A DNA stretch of 46,120 nucleotides, the filler included, from Streblomastix strix (taxonomy: Eukaryota), in assembly GCA_008636045.1 (NCBI GenBank). It is 2 parts of 2 records of this genome, joined end to end, with 100 filler letters (N's around TTAATTAATTAA, not from the genome) between each part and the next. Parts side by side here need not be neighbours in the genome. Positions count along the whole stretch, not along the records: positions 1 to 23,014 come from SNRW01000301.1; 1 more part is not named here. One strand, written 5' to 3'. The first letter of the stretch is position 1. Each line of letters starts with the position of its first letter. This document shows, piece after piece, positions 13,865-23,114 of the stretch. The notes beneath the pieces are model-generated. The model was not told where the DNA came from. It ran no database searches and saw only the letters and a program-made list of their open reading frames with translations. The position numbers and the translations under genes are program-made.

Positions 13865-13896
13865 TTATCAATAAATAAATTTTTTAATCAATAAAA

Positions 13897-14469
13897 ATGA
13901 TTAAAAGTATCGAGAGGAATTAACTCCGTATGAGTAAATCAAAGAAGTAAATATAAGACATGAAAAAAGAGTTGTCAGAAGATGATAGACTAAGGTTATA
14001 ATCAATTGATTAAGCACTAAGGAACTTATCAAATCCGCAATAAGAAGCTAACGAAGTGGATATGATTAATGAAGTTAAGTCTAAGAGGCATTATAATAAA
14101 AATAAATATCGTGATGTAGAACGAGAGACTACATAAGTAGAACCTGAGGAAGTAGTTAAAAATACATTCTTAGCACATCCAAATTTATAGGTAATGAAAT
14201 TTATAATTGATAAAGTGTGGAGTAATGTTACATAAAGAAAAAGAGGAGAAGATTTTATTTTCAGTTCTGATAACTTTATTAAATTTTGGTCATTGATAAC
14301 ATAAGAAAATGAAGATGATATAAAGATAGTTTTAGAAGAACCAATAATGTAATCACATACTTATATGAGTAAGACGTATAAGAAAAAAGACTTAGTAAGA
14401 GTAATGGATTATACTCATTAAAAATGTAAGCATCAGTGTATTGGATAATGTGTTGTTCAACTCTGTTGA
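13897..14469 (+). CDS. Viral-element hypothetical protein, 190 aa, Cys-rich C-terminus
   Basis: Uninterrupted with TAR=Gln: MIKSIERNQLRMSKSKKQIQDMKKELSEDDRLRL...FIIDKVWSN...KCKHQCIGQCVVQLC, then TGA. Confidence 0.75.
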
Positions 14470-14567
14470 GAAACTGTATCGAGTAAATAAAGATCTAGTT
14501 AGATTAAGTGATAAGCCGTAGTCAGAAGTGGATCCAAACGAGTTTTGATCAATTTTTTTTTAAGTAA

Positions 14568-15609
14568 ATGGAAACATTAATTGAACCAACTGATGAGGAA
14601 CTAGTTAATATACAAAAACAACTTTAAGAATTACCGCAAAAATAAGAGGAAATAAAGTTATTAGAGAAATTGTAAAAATAACTAACCCCTTTTATTGATG
14701 CAGAGATTGTAAAACTATTTACTTACTTTAGTTAATATATTAAAAATAAAGATGTTGATGTATCACATTTGGTAACATTAAATTCTACTAAAGTCATTAC
14801 TGGAGACAAAACTTTTACTTAACCTATTGTAGTAAATAATATTATAAAGACAAATGGTACATCAAACTAAATTCTATTGGTTAATGGTGATACAAGTGAT
14901 GTAGGAGATTTTTTGCCTAAATATTATCCTCATGCAATGGGTTAAATGATTATTGAACCGAATGATGACATACGTAATTAAGGTATTAGGATAATGAAAA
15001 ATAAAGCGAATTGGGATAGCTTTGTTCTCACTGGTTGTAATGCTGACCCTACAGATAGAGATGGAATATGGAAAGTTGGATCAACTTCATTATAGTTTAG
15101 AATATAAAAATAAGAGGATGAAGCATATGATTATAAGGGATTAATTATTGACTTTGATTGTACAACATTAAAATTTAACAATTAAATTGTATCACCTATT
15201 CCAACTCCTCCTATAGAAAATGCTATCAAATAAACAATTGCTTATGGTATGTATGAGTAATTAGTTTGGGGTTCATTTACAACATATAATGGAAGGGCTT
15301 ATTTATCAGTGTAAGTAACACATAATAATCCTAACACATAGACTTAATCTACCTATACATTATTCTCTGTTTTTTAAAGATGAAGCTAAGCCATAGTTTA
15401 CAGGGACACCTTTTAATATTCCTTTGAATGCTGTTATGTTTGCATAAAAAGTATTAGGATATCCTATATGCTGGAATGGTGCTATTCCAATAGACTGTTA
15501 TATTGATGTAGATGGACATGTTAGAATCAATACAATGTGTTAATTAAATTTACCGGATGGCTTTTGTGTTTAAGTATGCGATTTATATGCCCTACATAAT
15601 TAATCATGA
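14568..15609 (+). pseudogene. Fibre-like protein 1 (phage tail-fibre-like motifs) with a +1 frameshift at the T6 run 15370-15375
   Basis: METLIEPTDEEL...LVTLNSTKVITGDKTFTQPIVVNNIIKTNGTSNQILLVNGD...GLIIDFDCTTLKFN. Frame 0 stops at TGA 15381-15383; the +1 frame continues KDEAKPQFTG...CDLYALHNQS to TGA 15607-15609. Confidence 0.7.
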
Positions 15610-15729
15610 ATAAATTGAATTTCTTACTTCATCACTAATCTCTTCATTATCTAGTTTTATTTGTTATATCGTTAATAAACAACATAGTAGATTGTTAAGA
15701 GCTATAACTATTAATGAAATACTACTCAT
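15604..15729 (-). CDS. Small 41-aa protein with hydrophobic N-terminus (viral element)
   Basis: MSSISLIVIALNNLLCCLLTIQQIKLDNEEISDEVRNSIYS, then TGA. It fills the gap between the ATPase and fibre 1. Confidence 0.45.
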
Positions 15730-15761
15730 TATTTACCAAAACATTTAAGTAAAAATAAAAA

Positions 15762-16794
15762 TCAATTGCGAATAATTTCAAATCTATTTTAATACTTGTT
15801 AATGATTATAAATTCATACTTATTTAATGTGTTGTATATTATCATTAGTTCTTACTCCGTCAGTGTGTTGATGTGGTTTTCTTCATAAACTTACTTTAAG
15901 TCATTGTCTGATATACCAGACCCTATGACTATTACATGACATAATTTTCTAGCAGTTTTAAAAAGATAACATGGTCTTTAGGCTACATAAAACAAAGTAT
16001 TTTTCGCGTGTCTACTATCACTGATTAAGTGAGTTATTGTACGTGATAACTCTGAGGTATAACGTTGTATATCTGTGTTAGAACCTATATCGTCAAACAT
16101 CATTAGTGTAAATAACAACTTAGCATTCGTTAGTATAGGTAGTTTTAATGTTTTGATTATCTCTACACCATCTTCATCTACCTCATGTGTGTCAACGATT
16201 TTCAGTCCTTTTTCATATGACACATTTTGTATCAACGGAGGAATAGAAAAACGTGATACTTTGGTTGGTAGGCTATACGTGTTAATTGTTTCAATACAAT
16301 AGACTTTGAACACTTCTTTCATTCTATTGGGAAACTACTAATAGGACTCATCTTTTTTTTAATTCATTAGAATCAAACATTTCTTACTTGAATCTTTTTA
16401 TGTAATCATTGTTATATCGTATATTCATTTACTTTAACTTATAGTACGTGTATATCTCTTTAACTTTATATTTCAGTTCATCAAATTGAGGTAAGAAAAT
16501 CATAGCTTCATTATATGTCATATTTGTTAGTAGCACTCCCTTATCATTCATATTGATAGCCATAGTCTCGTCTGGTCCTATGTTAGAGAAGTATAACATG
16601 TAAAGATTGATAATATGTTTATATAATATTATTAACTTAGATAGTAAAGTTGTTTTACCACTTCCAACAGCTCCAACTATATAGTGGTTTCCATTAATAA
16701 CAAAGATTGATTTTGAAGTCAATGGTTTTGTTTTATATTCTTCTAACATGCTGTAATTATCGAATTGAAAATGGTTAATATCTTATGAAGTCAT
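15762..16794 (-). pseudogene. FtsK/HerA-superfamily (A32-like) viral genome-packaging ATPase with a +1 frameshift at the A8 run 16353-16360
   Basis: Walker A YIVGAVGSGKTT, Walker B LMMFDD, arginine finger SRH and sensor-Gln strand LFYVAQ (Q is TAA). Joins track ORFs 16429-16749 and 15978-16322; about 343 aa when corrected. Confidence 0.85.
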
Positions 16795-16810
16795 TTATTA
16801 AAAATTGAAT

Positions 16811-17178
16811 TCAAACTTTTTGATTTTAATTTATTAATTTCAAAGTAATTAGATACCGATAACGTTTTGCTAACTTTAAATCTTTATCATCTATTGCTAA
16901 CTACACTAATTAATACAACTCGTCAATCGTAAGCTAATTCCATTATTTTTAATAACATCATTCTAGGAATCCATTTTTCTATGATAAAAAAATTTAACAA
17001 TATACAGTACAATACTTATAGGTATAACTATAACATCAATATGACTCCATAATTTTTTAAATACATTAATCAATTCTTATGCTTCAGGAGGAAGTGCTAG
17101 ACTGATTACCGACAACAATAAGTTAGCACCATAAAAAGTCTAATTTATAACAACGGTTATCAACAATGTAATGTTTAT
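16811..17178 (-). pseudogene. Degraded small membrane protein gene of the viral element (start codon ATA, one frameshift)
   Basis: NITLLITVVINQTFYGANLLLSVISLALPPEAQELINVFKKLWSHIDVIVIPISIVLYIVKFF..., then in another frame QWNQLTIDELYQLVQLAIDDKDLKLAKRYRYL. TAAATA stands where neighbours have TAAATG. Confidence 0.5.
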
Positions 17179-17193
17179 TTATTTTTATTTAAA

Positions 17194-19135
17194 ATGCAAT
17201 CATTAATGTAATAACAACTGTCAGTAATAAAACGATTTATACATTCTGATATAAGTTATTATATGTAATATTCAAAGAAAAATACATCCAGTAGCATTAC
17301 ACAGAGCAATGAATATAATTAGATTATAGCTGATTAAAATAACTTGTTGTATTGTTAGAAAAATAACTCCTCAGAATAAGCTGTGAAACTAACTCCACAG
17401 GGTTTGCTAGTAGTAAATAATCTATAATTATTAAACAATGATTTTCTTTAAAAAATAACTCAGTTAGAATAACAAGTATATCAGATATAATAATAGATAA
17501 ATACTAGCATATAAGACATTGGTTAGTTATAAACAGATGTACAAATAATAAACTAAGAATTATCGAGATAGATACATTTCAGAGGATACTTTGCAACGAA
17601 TGGTGAGATACTAGCTTTGTAAGATAGTGCTATGGGTGATTATGCGTATAGTGCAGAGGATTTACTAGTATGGGTATATGAAATGACGGAGTCCCCGCCT
17701 GCGGCAAACTGGATTGAAACAGATCAAGTGGTACCAGACTAAGTAACGCCGGCTAGTGATACTATACCGTCAAACCCTATTGTAAATGGTAATGCAGGAG
17801 TGAGTACGGAATATAGTCGTGGAGACCATTAACATCCACTATAAGTATCAACAGTATTACTATAGTAAGATACTGCAACTGGTGAAGTAGGCACTGCTGT
17901 CACTTATGCTAGATCCGATCATACTTATCATGTAAATCTAAGTAGCAGTGTACCTCTTAAAGATACTGGAACTGGAACAGCAAGAACAGATAGTGTATAT
18001 GCTAGTGCTACACATTACCATCCATTAAATGTTGATCCCAGTAGTGTGATTGTTCCGTTAGTAAATGCTACTGTTGCGGCTAATGGTACGAGTGATTATT
18101 ATTGTAGAAATGATCATGTCTATTCTTAATAATTAACATATGATGGAAACATTATAGCGACTAAATTTATTAAGACTGGTGGATTACCAACAGAAGTGTT
18201 ATGCGCTAATGGTTATACTACAACAATAGATGCAAAGCTTTCACTTACATATTCAGCGTATAATTCTGTATAAATCATTAGACTACAACATTATTACACC
18301 GTTAATGGTATCAATACCGTATATGGAGTGTTTACTGCTCCAACTAGAGTTACATCTTATTATTTAATAGATAATGGTGCCAATTAATTATTTCATAATC
18401 ACTCTGGTTCTAGGACTTCTGCAATTTATTCAGCATATGTTAGATTAGAATCGGCTGGTAACGTTACGATAGTTGTATCTGATTAAAGCACTTATTATAC
18501 AAATAGAATCACAGAGATATTAACATAAGATGTAGTCTCCAGAGTATCAAATGGTACATAAATACCAATTAATTATGATTTAGCTAATGGTGGAATAATA
18601 AATAATAAGTTATAAGTTAATCCAACAGGACGAACATATACTAAGTTTAATAATGGTATTAGAATTGGAAACTATAACACTGAATACTCATCATTATATT
18701 TATGATGTTCAACTACAGCTATAGATACTACACGAACTGGTTAATGGGAAATAAGTAAAACAAGTGATATAGCATTAACAATAAATCCGACATCTTTACG
18801 ATAAACTGATCATAGTGTTGGTTTATCTATTAATAGTGATAGTTCAATAATAAAATTTAATGGTAATGAATTAGTTAATGTTGGAACTGATTAAACAATT
18901 ACAGGTAGAAAGACATTTGGAGGTACTACTTTAGGTAGTATTTAATTAAATCCAACTGATACAAATTATCCATTATTAGTATTCAATAATAATAACAATT
19001 ATTTGGAGTAGAACAGCTGACTAAAATATAGATAGTAGAGGACTAATGATCTTAGCTGATGGAAACACATTATCTTTCAATGGATCAGTTATCGCTGGCA
19101 CAGGAACAACAAATGGAGCTACGGTAATGTAATGA
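17194..19135 (+). pseudogene. Fibre-like protein 2: coiled coil, four H-x-H-type repeats and beta-rich fibre modules; internal TGA at 18703-18705 and disrupted 3' end
   Basis: About 503 open codons from ATG 17194: HFRGYFATN, YSRGDHQHP, YARSDHTYH, YASATHYHP, YCRNDHVYS, FIKTGGLPTEVLCANG. After the TGA it continues GTDQTITGRKTF, then in a shifted frame RGLMILADGNTLSFNGS. Confidence 0.78.
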
Positions 19136-19298
19136 AAGCAGTCATAATTCATTAAAGAAACAGATCAAATTTTAGTGTGAATAAAGAAAATAAATTTTAA
19201 AATTTCAATAGAATTAAAAGGAATTAATCTCTTTTGATCTTATTTATTGAACAGAACAATAGTCGCAAAGCAGATTATGCAATATAAATTATCCAGTT

Positions 19299-20484
19299 TC
19301 ATTTGTTACTCTTATTAAATTGATCTTTATTCTATTTGAAGCCCTGAACAACAGTGAATGATATGTTTGTAACTGTTACTCTTGGTTCTTCCATTCCAAT
19401 ATCATAACGCTTAATTTTAGGTGAACCAAATGGATTCTTTTGGAATGGAGGAGTGATCTTTGTTTGCAAGTTCCTGAATTATTTATAAATATATAATTTA
19501 TATTAAATACAATAAATAAAGTTCATATTTAAAACCTTTAATCGATATACTTTGTTGCATATTCAAGTTCTTCATCATTTCTAACTGTAATAAGTGTTGG
19601 GACATTCAATTCTCCAATCTCTTCCATTGTAATTTTCCAAGGATCTTATTTTTTCAGTGCCATTTTAAGGATATAATCGTCAGGCCTTTCAAAATTTGAT
19701 ATGAAACCTAAAACAGGATTAAATAGTACGATTAGATAAGGTTATAATCTTTATCCAGTTTATTTCTTCTTTCGACACAACTCATCAAATGTTGATCTAA
19801 TAAATGTTACATTCATTCGATCAGAAATTGTACGTTCTTTCATTGCTTACTCACAATTTGGTGATAGATCAGGTCCAACGAATATGATATTGAAATGAGC
19901 TTATGGAAAGAAACGAACAATTTCACCCCAGAAATGAACTTCTTGATTTGTTTGAGCATTTAATTGATATTCTTCTGTTTGTTAATTTGCACCAACAATG
20001 TAGATATTATTTGGATTTTCTGGTCCGAATTTTGGAAAATGGAATAAGTATTGAAGAACGAAAATAATTGTCATTGGATAACTAAGAGCTTCAGTAATTT
20101 ATTTGGCAATAAATTCCCATCTAAAGAAATCTTAGTTAAGATTTTAGTTGTACAACTTTCCTCTTGCGAAATAATCTTCTCAGTTTCTTAATATAAACAT
20201 TTAAAATGGATTCATATTAAAAATGTTGTCCTCTTCTTTTGAAACATCTGCTTTTTTTTATACTTCTGAAGTTAAAAGTTGTTGAAAATTCTTGCATTAC
20301 AATTTATGAATCTTCCAATGCTACTTCTAATGTTCTTTGCAACTGAATATATGCAAAATAACATCAAATTTTTATTTGATAAATATATATAGATTTGCTC
20401 AAACCAATAAGGTGTAACTTTGCAAGCTGAACATTACGTAGCACATTCTTTTCCACACACAGCACATGTACGTTTTTTATCCAT
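19299..20484 (-). pseudogene. zf-MYND plus MSS51-like C-terminal domain protein, 2 introns, in-frame TGA at 20180-20182
   Basis: CAVCGKECATQCSACKVTPYCCKEHQKQHWKIHKLQC (MYND), then LSYPMTI, IYIVGA, IIFVGPDL, LFNP and NPFGS. Introns at about 20343-20404 and 19474-19535. Confidence 0.8.
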
Positions 20485-21403
20485 TTCTAATAAAAATATA
20501 TAAAATACATAAATTTTAAATGAAATTGATATATATTAATTAATAATGTGTGTAAAATATGTTAAAACTCAAGAAAAATAAAAATGAATAAAAATAATGG
20601 CATTTCCTAATCTGTTCAGATTGTCAATTTCAGAAAATATTCCAAGAGCGAAACTGAAAAAGTTAATATGAAAATTTGGGGTTCGTCCCACTATACATGT
20701 AAATTAAATGCAATATATCATTCAATATGCTCGTGACTTTCAAAAAAAATTGTTAGCTTCTTGGAATATTTAATTGTTTAAATATATTCAATATTTGAGA
20801 AAACAATTACATTGCAGGGGAGAAGGTTAAAAAAATTGTATTATACATGCTTATTAAATATAAAATTTGGGGATACCAAATTGACACTGAGGGGTTTAAC
20901 TGGGTGGGTCGGTTAGAGTTCCGTGGGTAAAGATACATATATAATATTACAAAAATAGCGTTTTTGCTTTTGCAGAAATAATTGAAAAAAAGAAAAAATT
21001 CATTAAAATCTTAATTCTGACAATATATAATTCGAATAATGTGTATATTTATTATTTCGTAAGAGTTTAAGTATATTAAATCATAAATCGTGTTAAAGAT
21101 TAAATAAAACTTGAGTTACAGGATTAAAATGGTAAATAATAAAAATAATTTTGTTTGAAGCCAACAATAGCATAACGGTTAATTATATCTATTAATTTAA
21201 GTTAATATACTTATAAATTTAAAAGATAATATAAAAATTAAAGATAAATATACGCACTGACGGAAATGTGGTTGAGATTAATGTTTTACCCAAAGTGCTA
21301 ATAGAGGCTTATTTGAATCCAAATTTTTACTAAAGCATATATTTATAAAATGTATAAAAATTAAATTAATTGCAGCACTGTAATAAATCATCTTATTTAG
21401 AAT

Positions 21404-21456
21404 GACCCAGACTGGGTGGGGTTGGGTCTGGTCGGGTCGGGTCAGGTCAGGTCAGG
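21404..21456 (+). repeat. G-rich pentamer repeat (GGTCG/GGTCA) with five G3+ tracts
   Basis: gacccagactgggtggggttgggtctggtcgggtcgggtcaggtcaggtcagg within very AT-rich DNA. Confidence 0.85.
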
Positions 21457-22044
21457 TATTTATTTTAAAACCAAATTTGGATTGTAACAAGAATTATGTA
21501 GTTGTTAAGTAATAATTTTTAAATTTATTAAGACAAAAAACTGAGCGAAAATGTAATTTATCGTTAGATTTATTCTGAATAGAATAAATGATAAATGAAA
21601 ACTTATTGATTTATCGTTACAGATTTGTGTGTGCTATCGAACAATGTAAAAATATAATCAATAAATGATAAATATATTTTTCATAAATTCAATGCTTTAT
21701 AAAGCTAATTTGATTTTAAAGTTGAATTAAAAAGAAATAATTCAATGAAAAATTTTTACTGCAAAAATTGAAAACTATTTCAGTAACATTTCTATTTATT
21801 TCTTTGATAAATTGTTACATTTAATTTTGGACAAAAATTAAAAACTAATTAAAAATCAAAAGCAATTATATATTTGATCTAGAATTTATGTAGCATTAAA
21901 TTTTTACCAATATATTTTTAAAAAATTATTCGAAATTATAATTTAAATACTGTCTTTTCCATATAATTTTTATCTATGTTTTTGTTATAAAGAACAAATT
22001 TAATAAATAAAATTTAAATCAGATAATTTTATCCTTATACATGA

Positions 22045-22400
22045 GTAGTGGGCAAACAGGGGGTCAGCCCTTAAGAAAAATTAAAAAAATTATTCGGCAT
22101 AAAAATTGATTTATATTTAATAATAAATGATGAACGATAACAGATATTTTATGCAACTGTTGAAGAATTATTTATAAAGAATACTCATAATCATTATTTT
22201 AATATGATTATTGAAATAAATTTACTAATGAAAAGAAAATGAATTATCTTTGATGAATAACTTTAATAATGAAAATTAATTATACGTGCAATGGCTATGA
22301 ATATTGATATACGTTGCTTTGTGCGTTAATTTGATTAGATTATTGATAGCGATAATTTTTTTAATTTTTCTACGGGCTGATCCCCCTGTTTGCCCACTAC
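22045..22400. mobile_element. MITE-like non-autonomous DNA transposon, about 356 bp, with about 50-bp imperfect terminal inverted repeats
   Basis: Left end gtagtgggcaaacagggggtcagcccttaagaaaaattaaaaaaattat; the right end reverse-complements to gtagtgggcaaacagggggatcagcccgtagaaaaattaaaaaaattat. AT-rich non-coding interior; no clear target-site duplication. Confidence 0.8.
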
Positions 22401-23014
22401 GGAACATAGCAAATCGATATAGCATAAATCGACATATCCAATAGACAGAGTTATCTTGCTCTTATTATTGATGGTGTGTCGAATCAAGTTTTCATTGATG
22501 AAATTGAAATAATGGTATCGACCAGTTAGTCGATGAATGAAATGAGTTATTTGATGAAATTGATGACAATGAACAGTTTCAGAATTGATTATAACCATCA
22601 TTTTTGTAATTTATGACTAAGATATAACCTTAGGATAGTGTATCAAATTGATATGAAATTTTAAGTTTTTAATGGGAATTTTGACGTATCATACAATGGG
22701 TCAAATTGAAGTTTGCGAGTTTTTATTTTTTATTTTCCTAGATTAATATTTATAATTAGTATATGATATTAATATATGTATATGATATATATGAATGTAA
22801 TATTTTCATAATTCAATCAATATTGGATTCTGGCTCTATAAAGTTTTATTAACATTTTTTATATATAAGCATATAATAGGAGTTTGTGATCTAAATTAAT
22901 ATAAAGCTAACTTTTTTGTTACTAATAGCTACTATGTCATATTATATTATTTAATTACCATATATGTTCTTAATATATTCTAATAATTATTTTTGATCGT
23001 CAATAGAAACTTAA

Positions 23015-23114
23015 NNNNNNNNNNNNNNNNNNNNNNNNNNNNNNNNNNNNNNNNNNNNTTAATTAATTAANNNNNNNNNNNNNNNNNNNNNNNNNNNNNN
23101 NNNNNNNNNNNNNN
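23015..23114. other. Artificial 100-nt contig linker (N44-TTAATTAATTAA-N44)
   Basis: Symmetric N runs around a 12-mer with TAA in all six frames, exactly 100 nt in total. Confidence 0.9.

Larger units (their letters stand above)
12880..19135. mobile_element. Partial, decaying endogenous dsDNA virus (Polinton/PLV-like) segment
   Basis: At least 7 intronless ORFs with 15-100 bp spacers in an otherwise intron-dense region. Includes a packaging ATPase and two fibre-like genes, with several frameshifts and nonsense codons. No polymerase, integrase, capsid gene or TIR was recognised. Boundaries are approximate. Confidence 0.8.

Noticed and set aside
12880..19135. Bacterial prophage contamination or bacterial operon
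   Set aside because: The ORFs need TAA and TAG both read as Gln, no Shine-Dalgarno pattern is evident, and the ATPase is FtsK/HerA-type rather than a terminase.
12860..19200. Terminal inverted repeats or target-site duplication for the viral element
   Set aside because: None found by eye; the right end breaks off within the fibre gene.
22335..22601. 88-aa minus-strand ORF as a transposase fragment
   Set aside because: It has no DDE or HTH motifs and simply reads through the MITE TIR and the antisense of the adjacent relic.
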